From Octopus vulgaris (taxonomy: Eukaryota): a stretch of DNA of 64,000 bases. Position numbers and translations under genes: made by a program. Shown piece after piece: positions 37,901 through 51,400 of this stretch (positions are counted from its first letter, which is position 1; the number at the start of each line of letters is the position of its first letter). Where the stretch lies: assembly GCA_951406725.2 (NCBI GenBank), contig OX597814.1, forward strand, positions 86,614,001 to 86,678,000, given 5' to 3'. The notes beneath the pieces were generated by a model. The model saw only the letters and a list, made by a program, of their open reading frames with translations. It searched no databases and was not told the DNA's origin.

Positions 37901-40900
37901 TGGTGGATTTCACATGTATATTTTTCCTTGTTGGCTTAAAACAAAATGGGAATGGGGAATTACTGAGGTGATGAAGTGTGTAACAACTAGTTATTCATTG
38001 TAACTTAAGACTTTAGTATTTTATTGCCTTGAATTCTAATTCTGCCAGAACACTGAGGAACTAAATGAAAAGACATCTGGCTATTGAAAAATTGCTGCTC
38101 TAATGTATTTATGAATAATAACGATGATGACAATGATTTGGATGATAAATAAAATTGTAACCTGGTTAATAGGCCGAGAAATGAAAACTTGGTAATACTG
38201 GGTGAGGCATAGAGGATGGATGTTTTTGAAAAATTCACAAGATCACTAATTTTAGCTGCTGACAAATTTTATTGCCATCAATGTGTTTGTATTGAATTAG
38301 CATTTGTCATAATCAAGTGTGGAAAACAACATCCATCATGTGGTGTCTGTTTTCATTAGTGCATTTCTGAAGGCGTTCTTGGAAATTGGCCTCCACTCTC
38401 TCCAGCATTCCTCTGTTGATTTGGGTGTCTTCCACACAAATAGCTTCCTTCAAATCATCCAATGTACAGGGCTTAAGCGCATACACACGTGCCTTGAAGT
38501 TTCCCCACTAGAAATAATCACACATAGACAAATCAAGGGACTGAGAGGGTCAAGCAAACCTGGAATGAGGTGGTCACCTAAGAGAGGGTGAAAAACGTCC
38601 ATTGATGCTCTGGCTGTGTGGGCCATCACCCCATCCTGCTGAAACCACACATGTTGAATAGGCATATATTTTCATAATTCAGGCATAAAGAAGTTGTTTA
38701 TCATCTCAATGTAATGCTCGGAGTTCACAGAAACAGCTTTTCCATTATTGTCTTCAAAAAAGTAAGGGCTAACAACGGCAGCTTTTCCAACAGTACACCA
38801 GACCATCACTTTTGGGCTGTGCAGTTCTCTCAGATTTTCAAGAGCCCAATAATGACATGCCACTGAAATGAAAATGAACTTCATCACTCATTTACAAAAT
38901 GAAGTTGTCATTTTCCTCAAAAATTGCTTCCATCTAATGTGTGAAGTTAAGCCACTGTGTATAGTCCCATGGTTTCAATTGTTGCCCAACGACCAATTTG
39001 TATGGGTGGAAATGCAGGTCTTCATGTAAAATATGCCTTACTGATCGATTACCAATGCCAAGTTCAGTGGAATGCCTCCAAGCAAAGCTAAGATACCAAA
39101 GACTGAATGGTACCTGTCGAACATATGTCCCTCCCCCTGGGGCTGAGTAATAGCCATTTCAAAAACATCCATCCTCTCTGCCCCGTCCTGTATATTAGTT
39201 TCTGATTGTTTCTATCATCTTATATCCTTTTTATTCTTTTACTGGTTTCAACCAGAGGCTTTGGTCATACTAGAGCACTTCATTAAATATGTAGATTTAT
39301 CTAGTTGAATTATGCAGTCGCACTGTATGCATACAGTAATGGATCTCCATTGGTTTCAATGACTAGTATTCAATTATTTGATCAGCTAAACTACCTGCTT
39401 ATTGAATAAGCATGTGAGTGGCTGGGTGTTCCACAAACACGTTTACTCTTAACCCTTTTGTTACCATATTTCTATTGAGATGCTCTATGTTTCTTTCAAT
39501 TAATTTTAAATATAACAAAGAATTTAGTAAAATAACTTAACTAGTGTTAGGAAATTGTAACTAAGGTTTGGTGGAAGATTTTAATTCAGGACTTTTGAAA
39601 ACAAGACATTTGTACTACAAAGCCAGAGGCGGTTTTAGGCTGGTTGGTATCAAAAGGGTTAATATACTTCATAGGTTGAATCAGCATGACAGAGTATATG
39701 ACAAGGCCGGGCCTTTGAATTATGGGCTCCATCTCATGAGCTCCTTATAGTTTTGTTTACCCAGTTTTACTTGGTTTGGGTTTACCTCAAAGGTATGGCT
39801 AAAAGACATTTGCCCAAGGTGCCATGCAGTTTGATTGAACTTGAAATGTTGTAAGAGTGAAGCAAACTTCTTAAGCATTTAGCTTTATTATGTCCATGTG
39901 ATGCTTCATATTTGGTACCTAGTTTGGTAAACTATTTATTGTTAAAATACCACAAGAGTCTACTTCATCTTTCACCTTTTCAGTGTCAATAAAATATAAA
40001 TGTGTAATAAAGGTCAAATATCATTTTTCTCACTTCTCAGAAAGAGTTTCATTCTGAAGCAAAAGAAATCCTAGCAAACCTGATGAGATGTTATTTGTTT
40101 ACTCATTGTTTTATTTCCCTAATTAGTTCTACTAACAATTAAAGACTTAATAGATCATGTGATTCATGATTATATTAATACAGATAATTAACATTATTAG
40201 TAGACCATTAACTGAAAGTAAGCCATCTTGAAATATGAATTTTATATAGTTTCCAAGAGATTCTGGTATCAGCTAAATGATAGAGTTGAAATTCTGTTAT
40301 AAACCGTTTATACTTAGAGTTGATATCTTAATAGAAAAGATTCTTTGGTTTAGTAGCTATCTTTTAGAAACTGAATTTTGTGTATGTAACCAATGTTTAT
40401 TGCATGAAGCATTAATGACTAATCTGTTTACATTATGTAAATAAATCCTCTTGTTGAATTAGTTTAATATTTTCTCTGCTCAAATGTTAAATATTTAGCT
40501 CTTAATGACTAATTACAATTTTATTTATTTATTTTTTTGGGGGGAATATTTTTTTTATTACTCAGCTATTTATTTATTTATTTATTTAATGTTTTATAAA
40601 AATATTTCTTTTACTTAATTTGCTACTGTTAATTTCAGGGCTGGAACACGTGAGGTTCACAACAAATTGGAAAAAAATAGGTAATATCTGAATTTATGTG
40701 TACATGAAATCTAATTTTGTTTTATAATAATTTAAAAATTTATTTTATATTATTTTTATTTATTTTGTAATATCTTCCAAGGAACCAACCTCTGAAATAT
40801 CTCTTTTTAGTCTTTTTATTTTGCTTGTCTGCGATAGAAAAAAAGTATCTGTATATGTTCAGAAATTAAGCACTTCATTTTTTTTGCTTCCATTTTATTA

Positions 40901-42423
40901 TGAATTGGCTCATTTTTCTTTTTATGCCAACTTTTTTCACATTAGTATAATCCTATCATACAAAACACAAATATTTGGGTACTTATAAATAATAGTTGTT
41001 TCAAAGATTATAATTCTGTTTCATTTAGATATGTATTATTTCCTTGGTAAAATCAAGGCTGTGAAGTAAGTACAAAGATCTTCAAGTCCAATTCTGACAG
41101 GTCAATTTATAGTATCTTACACTGTCTCCAATTTCAAACCCTATATTTTAATTAGACCACTGATATAATCATCAGGCTGCATTTTAGGTCCCTCACCTAT
41201 TGACATTTAATCTTAAAAGGCAAGAGTTATGCCTTTGGGACTTTCATTACCATTAAAACACACTGCCTTCATTTCAATTAGTTTTGAAATTAATGAATTT
41301 AGGAAAATATTTTTGAAATGATTAATCTGGTGACTGAAACTTAAATTAGCAATAAAAACAGTAAATACTTAATCCTTTAGCTTTCAGATTCATCTGTCAA
41401 ATGTAATGCTTATGTATTCACATTAAAAAAAATTAATCATGCATTATCTCATAGTTTTGAGATTTTGATAGTATTGTTTATTTTTAGGATGACATTGTTG
41501 GGTAAGTAAGAAAGGCTGGATCTATGGAATAGGGGTTAAAACAAAAATCAAAAATGTGTTAAGATTTTGTTTGCTGAAGAAAAAATTCTTGTATGTGATC
41601 TTGTTTCATACAAACTCCTGAAATGCATTTGATGTTACATTTTATATATCGTCAAAATGAAGTTAGTTCAGTTTTATGCAAATCCATTAACCCAATAATT
41701 ACTTCAGGCTTTGACACCACGAGGGAGAGAGAGAGAGAGAGAGAGATGTACTTACATGTATATGCATACATATACATGCAAGTACATATCTGTGCATGTT
41801 TATATATATAATCTGTATTTATGTGTATGTAAATATCTTTACATCAATATGGCGAAAATATATATGTATATACCTACCTGCATGTGTGTGCGTATGTAAA
41901 TGTATAGTTAAATATGTACATACACATGTTTGTATGTATGCTTACATATGAATTTTTATATGTGTGTGCACATATAAATACAACTGTATAAAAATATGTA
42001 TGTATGTGTGTGTACACACATATACACATGTATGTAGTGGACATGTACTGTTTCATTTCTGCTTGTCTGTTTATTCCCGGGCAATTTTTATGCTTTTTAT
42101 GCTGTTGATACTGCCAGATTGAGAGTACTGACCAGGTGTTGAAACCATAGTGATATCTATTAAGCAGCTGAGGATGGGCATATATATTTCATATACTTGT
42201 TGTCTGTCAATCTTTTTTATCTTAGGTCTTGATATTTTGAATTGCCCTTCATTCTCATCAGGTTGAAATTGTTAAAGGGTTCATGGTATATGGTAGTTTT
42301 GTTCTTAGTTTTATTATATATTGATATTATATGATTACATGATAGCTTCATTGGTAGTTTTATTATGCTAGGATATTAAAATCTTTCTAGTTTTATGGTT
42401 ATATCTATCTATCTATCTATCTA

Positions 42424-42468
<45 letters not shown>

Positions 42469-45400
42469 CTTTTTTTTGTTGGGAAGAAAGTAATTTTGGT
42501 TTTTTTAGTGTGAAATAAAAGTCATTTTTTTTTCATGCAAAGAATGAACTTTAATCAATTATATATTTTCCATTTTGTTTTAATGACTTTTTGCCATCTT
42601 TCTATCAACTTCATGATTCCGTGCTCATAAAACTTCTGGTCCTTATCAGCCAAAAACTGAAGTAAGTGCGATTTCAGATCATCATCATTATTGAAAGTTT
42701 TATCATTCAAAGAATTTTGCAAACTTCGAAGTAAATAGTAATCTGTAATGGTGCAAGGTCAGGGCTATATTGTGGATGTGACATCACTTCCCAACCAAGC
42801 TCCAATAATTTTTCATGAGTAGCAAAGACATGTGTAGTCTAGCGTTATCATGGTGGAACACGATGCCTTTGTGATTTGCCAGTTCTAGCCATTTTTCTTT
42901 GATTGCTTCCTCCAGTTTCATTAGTTGTTGACAGCAACATCTAAATTGATCATTTGGTTCCTTGGAAGCAGCTCAAAATGCACAACACCTTTGTAATCCC
43001 ACCAAATTGACAGCATGACCTCTTTTTGATACAATTCAACTTTTAGTGTGGTTTGTGCTGGTTCATTACGCTTGGACCATGATTGTTTTCAATTGATGTT
43101 ATTGTAGACAATCCAGTTTTACAATTGTTGTGTGTGATACATTTCACCTCTCTGCAATCTTTCACACAGTTATATGAATATGAGATTGAATTATGGCTTT
43201 GATTTAGTCATCATCAAGTTCAGTAAGTCGACCAGAATGGAATTTTTAAAACTATTTCTGACATGTGCATTCTGTTACGCAATCAACACCATAAACTTCA
43301 CATATCTCTTTGTGAGTCTCAGCAGCTTTCTTGCCTTTACAGAAAGAAAAAAGCAAAATATGGTGAAAATGTTCGTTTTTGCACTCCATATTAAAATTGA
43401 CATTGAACTAATAGCTGTAAACAAAACCGCACACAATATGCTTCTAAAGTAAGCTGAAAGTATCAATTGCCAAAAGTTAAAAAAAATCATAACATTGACA
43501 AAAGTCATTCGCAAAGATCATAATTCTATCTATTTGCGTAAAATGAAATTACTTTCCTGCCAATCCAATATATATAGTAGTAATTATAATCCTTGGATGG
43601 AATTTATAGATATTTAAATACATCGCTACACGTTTCCACAAATCACATATGAAAATGTGCATAGAATATTTATAAATTCCATCAAAGCATTATAGTTATT
43701 ACTACTATATTTATCCTACATTATATCTGTACAGTTTGATGCAACCCTGAAAAACTGGTTCATCAGTTAGCATCAATAGACTGTAGCCGGCATAATGGAA
43801 TAGGAGCTTTGCTTATTCAAAAAGTTTCCCATAAAAACAAATTAAAAAGATCTATATATATTATATATAGTTGAAATTTACATGCAGATAAACACAATTA
43901 GCCTTTACATATATACATATACCTACATGTATATAAATATATTTACATAGAGTATAAAAAAATACTGAACACTAAGAAAATCAGCTCTCCTTCGATTTCT
44001 CTTAGAGCCACAATGTGGAAGTACTCCTGGATGAAGAATTTGCAATTCAAGTTCAAATTTATATGAGCACTATTCTGTTAATGGGTATTTGTAAAAATGA
44101 AATTTTCTAGAAATACCTCTAAGAATATGTAAATTACAATTATTTTGGAATTTACTGTGAAAAGAGAAATGTTGAGCAAGCACACATACATACTCATGTA
44201 CATCACAATTTTTTTTTGAAATTTCAAATTTCATTATATAGGTGTTTGTGATGTGTGTCAGTATGTATGTATGTGTGTGAGCAAACTTTTTTTTTTTTTC
44301 ATATAAAATTCTGATATAATTGTAATCTACACACTCTGAAAGGTATTTGTAGAAAATTTCATTAAAAATACTCATTTTTCTGAAAGTTATGTGGAAACAA
44401 AGCTGACTTGTGTGAGTTTCCCAAAACTCCCTTCCCTGTCCATGGGAAAGTTTTTTTAACAACAAATTCCAATATAATCAGAATCTACACCATCTGAAGC
44501 ATATTTTTAGAAAAGTTCATTAAAAAATATGCTTTTTTCTAGAAGTTACAAGGTAAGAAATTTGAATGAAGCACACATGTGTATATATGCCAAGCAATGA
44601 AATATTAGTCCTTAGTAGATGCTAGTAAAACATGCAACAGTTGAAAATGTAAAATTTAAAGCAGACAGCTATAAGATGAAATATTGCAGTTGTTAATAGA
44701 ATGTGCATTTATATAAAAAAACAATAATGAATAAATGAAGAATATTAACTGAAAATAAAAGAGAATGAAACATAAGCTTTACTAGAAGTCATAAGGATAT
44801 TTAAACATGCAATGCTTGCCAAGTAGAAATTCAAATGGCAGATTACATATTTGCATATGCAGTGTAGCAACCATAGGAACAATAGTCAAGAAGGCTTAGG
44901 ACAAAAGTTGTCCAGAGGAAGAAGATTGTTATGGTTTCTTACTCCCTTGTTCTGAAAGTACTAATAATCCATCTGGTTATCTGCCTGCATTTCATTGCCA
45001 ACTGTCAATAACCAGGTCATGCACTGATTGTGATTCTGGAACTGCAATCCTTCTAGGTCCAGAGTTCTTTGCATTGCATTTAACTTTGTCTGCTGTTAGT
45101 GTAGGGCTTGGAACTTTCCAACATTAAACTGCATGTTATTGGTATCACCTCACTTCTATATTGCATCTAACTTTTGTTGCAAGTGCATGCCATCTTCAGG
45201 GTTTTATATTACTTCTGAGACTTTTGTGTCATCTGCATAACTTGTGAGAATGGCTCTGTGTGGATGAAGGCATATTGGAGAGGACCACTATGAACAGTAG
45301 CGGCCCCAGGACAGTGTCCTGTGGGCCTCACTCACTATTTGTGTTTCCTTGGATGTGGCTCCATTGGCCACCACTACCTGACTTCTATTTTTTTAAATGT

Positions 45401-48400
45401 CTTGTAGCCACTTTCCAAGTTTTCCAACTACGCTGAGGTAGTTGTGACATATTCCATGATAGACTTTATCGAAGGCCTTTGCAAAGTCAAGATATATCAC
45501 ATCCACATTTGAGTGGTTAAGCAGCTGTTTTTCACACACAGTCATATTGTTGTAAAAGAAGTCATTTTCTTCAAAGAATATGGTTAGTTTCCTATGGACT
45601 ATTTGTTCCATGATTTTGCTGATATGCAAGGTTAGAGTGATAATCCTATAGTTTTTGGTATCCACTCTACTACCTCTTTTATGAATAGGCATGTTCCTTC
45701 CTTCAACTTGTCTGGAAGCTCTGGAAGAGAGACTGCTGTGGTTTTGCTTGGGTTTGTTTATATGATTTTAGAATGATTGCTGGGAAACCATGAAGGCCAG
45801 TAGTTGAGTTTAGGTTTATCTTGTCTATTGCCAGTATTCTTTTATATCAGTGTAATCAATTGTTGCTGCCTCTCTCTTTATAACTATAGTGGTAAAGAAC
45901 TCTACAGTTTTGCTAACTTACATGTGTTGTAAGGATGGGGTGAAAATACTTTTGAATTGTTCATTCGGTGTTTCACTTATCCTCATTGGGTTTCCTGTGA
46001 AGGAGCCATCTTTTTGGAGCAGTGATCCTACTCTGCAACACACTAAGGCAGTTTTTTTGGCAAACTTAAAGGAGTCTTTAGGGTTTGAGTTTATATTTTC
46101 TATAACCAAGACTTCTTTGCCTGCTCTCTTTTTTTCGTGTGAGTACTACAGATTTTCTTCAATCTTCAGCAGTGTTGTTTGCAGGTGTGGAAAGACATTG
46201 AGGCCAATCCTATTTGAAGATCCCTTTCCAATCAATTTCCAGTCTGTTTTATGAAAGTTGAGATTGGATAGATTTTTAGGTGCTTCTCATAGGCTGCATG
46301 TCTGTGAATTCCTGTAGTCCACATATGGTCATTATATTGTAATCTGAGCTTAGCGTTAGTGTCACTTTTACATTATGGATGAGAGCTGTATTGTTTGTGA
46401 AGCAGAGATCAAGTATATTGTTTTCCTTGGTTGGTTGGAGTACTACTACTTGCTCCATGTATAATGTGTCAGTGAGGTTGAACAGGGATGCCACCTGTCT
46501 GTTTGCATTGCATCATTGTTGAGAGGAAAAGGCCCTTAAGCCATCCTACATTGGGCAGGTTGAAGTCTCCCATGTGAAGTATACTGATGTGTTCTAATTT
46601 GGTTAAGACTGTTTATATTTTTGCAAGACAGTCTTCAAATGCACTGTGTGATTTGGAGCAGTAGGCAATAAATAGTACATATAACTATATTGAGTTGTCT
46701 TATATGTACAATTAGTACATCACACACTGAGTTTGAATATTATAAAATGACCTGGGGCATGAAGTCTTCATGGATGTGCATTGCAACTGCACCATGACTC
46801 CTGTCTTTTCTGTTTGTTATACAATATAACATACTTTGGTATGTGTATTTCTGCATCTGTGATATCCAGTTTTAAATGCATTTTGGTGAGTGCTGTGCAT
46901 AAAGCTTGATTGCATGCTACAAGGTCTTTCAGGACAGGAATTTTGGTTCTGTTACTGTATTGTAACAGTCCACTAATATTTTGTGAGAGTATCAGTGTGA
47001 CATCTGTGTTGATGTCAGTGGTGGTTTTATATGTTGTTGGGGATGGCTCCCACTCTAAATTTGATGCAGCCAAGTCTGTTGCTGTACGTTCTTTATGCCA
47101 TGCATAAAAAAGATTGCTACTTAACTGCAGCCATTATGGCTGCATCTGGATAGAACTGGTTGTTGGAAGAGTACACACTACATCTGTGTATTTTAGTCTT
47201 GGTGCAGGTGGTGCATGACCTTTTCCTCTTTGGGGTCTTTGTTTATCTTTTGGTCCCTTTGGATGGAAGTGTTTGCTCTGCCTCATGCAGCTGTGACACA
47301 GTTTTGCATCATCATCTCCATGTCTGCAGACACCACACAGATACAATTTACACACTTGTGTGTGATCTCTCTTTTTCATTTCTATTGTCCAGAAACTTTC
47401 TTGTCCCAGTGTTAGTTTTCTTTTACTATTGTGCATATGGGCAGTCTAACTTATTTCTTTTCTTGGTTGTTCTTTTTGGGACCGTTTTTTCTTCTTTTTT
47501 TATTTGTGTCATCATCATTTTTTTGTTCCTGTTTGTTTTCAGAGGCTTTTGTTTTCTTTATTTCTTCATTATCTTTTCCTCTTTTTGCTCTTTAGTCTCT
47601 TCAGCTGTTCACATTGGTAGTGCCATTAGTGCTGGTGCCTCTTTCCCTTACAGGTCTCTCACTCATGGTTTCATCTTTGTTCTCTTGGGGATCTGTAAAG
47701 CCAGGGGAACATCTCTCGCTCATATCAGTGTCTCCTTCTTTGTCATCTTTTTGCGTTTTTTTTCAAAGAGGGTATCAAGGATGTTGATGTGAGGTCTGAT
47801 GAGAACATCTTGTTTCTTAAGTATATGTATGTGACAGAGTGGACACAAGGAAGAGGAAAGAGAATAAGTGGAAAGCCAAGGAAAATGTGGCATAGTATGT
47901 TCCTAGATGACATGATAACATTAAGAGAGGGCCCAACTGGAGTCAGGAGAAAGGCAAGCAACTGGGATCTCTGGAGAAGGTTCATTGCCCATTGTGCTGA
48001 GAGCACCGGTGGATCTAAGTTCTAATATGTATATGTGTGTGTGTGTGTGTGTATCTTTTATCTTTTTTCTTTTACTTGTTTCAGTCATTAGACTGCAGGC
48101 ATGCTGGGGCACTGCTTTAAATTTTTAGTTGGATGAATCAAACCCCGTACTTTTTTTTTTAGCTTGGTACTTAACCCATTGATCTCTTTTACTGAACCAT
48201 TAAGTTACAGGGATGCAAACACACCAACATTTATTGTCAAGCAGTGATAGGGGAACAAACATAGAAACAAAGACATACACTCATACATACAATGGCTTTT
48301 TTCAGTTTCCATCTATGAAATCCACTCACAAGGCTTTGATTGGCCTGAGGCTATAGTAGAAGACACTTGCCCAAGGTGCCACACAGTGGGACTGAACCCA

Positions 48401-51400
48401 GAACCATGTGGTTGGGAAGTAAGCTTCTTACCACACAGCCATGCCTGCACCTCTGCATGTATCTATATGAAGTGGTATCAAAAATTTTCTGGACTAGTTA
48501 TGTTTGATAAAATGTAACTTATTTACCTAATTTTTAACATCATCTTCTTTGAAATAGTCGCCTTGTGCAGCAATACACTGGTCCAAGCATTCCTGCCATG
48601 TTTGGAATCCAGCCTGGAAGTAATTTTCTGTAAGCAAGTTGTGGTCCTTTTGTGATATGCTCTTGATCACAACATTGGTGTTAAAATGGCGACCTTTGAG
48701 CTGCATTTTCATCTTGAGGAAGAGATGGAAGTCTGCTGGTGCTAAATTTGGTGAATAGAGCAAGTGTAGAAGTGATACCATGTTGTTTTTGGCGAGAAAC
48801 TTGCGAATGAGGAGAGCTCAGTGACAGTGCATTGTCATCATGAAGAATCCAATTCTTCGTACTCCACAGATCTGGTCGCTTTTGCCAAATGTCCTCCCTT
48901 GAACACTTCAAAATGTCACAGTAGAATTCTTCATTGACAATCTGGTCCTGTGGGATGAATTCTTGATGCACAATACTGCAGATGTCAAAAATAAATGGTG
49001 ACCATGCTCTTGATTGAGCTATGGCTTTGTTGTGCTTTCTTCAATCATGGAAATGAAAAGGTCTTCTGTTGTGATGACTGCTGTTTTTTTCTCAGGGTTG
49101 CACCTGTAGATCCAGCATTTGTCATCAGTGGTGATCCTCAACATTAAGGATAGGTGATCAGCGGCATGCTGACAGAGATTTTGACAGACTTCAACAAGAT
49201 GTTCTTTCTACTCAGTGATCAGCACAAATCTCACAACTTGCAAAGTAAACACAGCAGTGTCACTCAACATATTGCCTCATGAAGGTCACTGATAGCTCTC
49301 ACTGTGCACACGGCTGTATACTGCTATCTGTTGGAGCGTGTTACAGAACTAGTCCAGGAACTTTTTGATACCACTTCCTGTATGTATATATGTATCTACT
49401 GCATTTTCATCTTGAGGAAGAGATGGAAGTCTGCTGGTGCTAAATTTGGTGAATAGAGCAAGTGTAGAAGTGATACCATGTTGTTTTTGGCGAGAAACTT
49501 GCGAATGAGGAGAGCTCAGTGACAGTGCATTGTCATCATGAAGAATCCAATTCTTCGTACTCCACAGATCTGGTCGCTTTTGCCAAATGTCCTCCCTTGA
49601 ACACTTCAAAATGTCACAGTAGAATTCTTGATTGACAATCTGGTCCTGTGGGATGAATTCTTGATGCACAATACTGCAGATGTCAAAAATAAATGGTGAC
49701 CATGCTCTTGATTGAGCTATGGCTTTGTTGTGCTTTCTTCAATCATGGAAATGAAAAGGTCTTCTGTTGTGATGACTGCTGTTTTTTTCTCAGGGTTGCA
49801 CCTGTAGATCCAGCATTTGTCATCAGTGGTGATCCTCAACATTAAGGATAGGTGATCAGCGGCATGCTGACAGAGATTTTGACAGACTTCAACAAGATGT
49901 TCTTTCTACTCAGTGATCAGCACAAATCTCACAACTTGCAAAGTAAACACAGCAGTGTCACTCAACATATTGCCTCATGAAGGTCACTGATAGCTCTCAC
50001 TGTGCACACGGCTGTATACTGCTATCTGTTGGAGCGTGTTACAGAACTAGTCCAGGAACTTTTTGATACCACTTCCTGTATGTATATATGTATCTATATA
50101 AATATATGTATGTGTGTATATAGACATATCTGTGTTTGAAAGAAAGACATGGGATGAGGTAGTGAATCATGATCTTCAAATGTTGGACCTCATGGAAGCA
50201 ATGACTAGTGACTGAGACCTTCAGTGATATGCGGTGCTTGAGAAGACCTGTCAAGCCAAGTGAAATTGTAGTCATGGCCGATGCCAGTGTCATGTTATTG
50301 GCACTTGTGTTGGTGCCATGTAAGAGCACGTTTTGAGCATTGGGCCTCGCAGAGGCAATGTGACTGATGCTGGTGTCGCATAAGTAGCACCCGTGTTGGT
50401 GGCATATAAAAGGAAAACTTTTGAGTGAGGAGCTTTGTGGAGGCAATGTGGCCATTGCTGGTGTTGCATAACTAACACCTGTGCCGGTGACACGTAAAAA
50501 GCACCTTTTGAGTGTTGGGCCTCATGGAGGCAATGTAGTTGATGCTAATGTTGCATAACTAGCATTCATGCTGGTGGCATGTAATAGGAACTTTTTGAGT
50601 GTTGTGCCTCACAGAGGCAATGACAAATGACTGAGACCTTTGGCAATATGCTGTGCTTGAGTAGAAGACCCATCAAGCCAAATGAAATCATAGTTGTGGC
50701 AGATACTGGTGCTATGCAACTGGCAACCGTGCTGGTGGCATGTAAAAGCACTCATTACACTCTTGGAGTGGTTGGTACTAGAAAGGATATCCAGCTGCGA
50801 AAACCATACCAAATCAGACTGGAGTCTGGTGCTGTCCCTCAGCTAACCAGCCCTGGTCAAACTGTCCAACCCATGCTAGCATGGTCCACAGATGTTAAAT
50901 GATAATGATGATGTATTTATGTACATGTATATGTGTGTATATATATATATATGTGTGTGTGTATATGTATCTATGAGTATATATATATGTATGTATCAAT
51001 CAATCTATATATATATATAGTTCAAATTTATAGAAAAACGAAGATGAAGACAAGTGTAGGAACAACAAGTAAGTGTATTAGTTTGACACTCAGAAAAAAT
51101 GAAAAAGTCTTTTACATTTCAAGCTTACGCTCTTCGACAGAAAGAAATATAAGGAAATAGAGAGAGAATGGAAAAAAACGTCTTGAGTTTAGTGGTCCAA
51201 TGTATATATATATATATATGTATGTATGTGTGTGTATGTGTATCATCATCATCATCGACTTTGTCATTGTTCTAATATCTACTCTTCCATACTTGCATAG
51301 GGTGGACAGAATATTTACTGAGCGGATGTCCTCTGTGTCATCATCCTTCACCTGTTTCCAAGCAAAGTAATATTTTCCTATGACCATGCACCTTCTTAGA

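Noticed and set aside
40647-40652. CACGTG within the exon encoding the E-box-binding basic region
   Set aside because: Explained by ACA-CGT-GAG codons for T-R-E; likely coincidence
43700-43790. Minus-strand CTGATGA with hairpin near an inverted repeat
   Set aside because: No GAAA at the required position, so a hammerhead cannot be supported
47160-47792. 210-aa hydrophobic ORF resembling a membrane protein
   Set aside because: Antisense to the A-rich ORF1 region of the CR1-like LINE
50270-50760. CRISPR-like repeat array
   Set aside because: Eukaryotic context, degenerate tandem units without unique spacers, no cas genes
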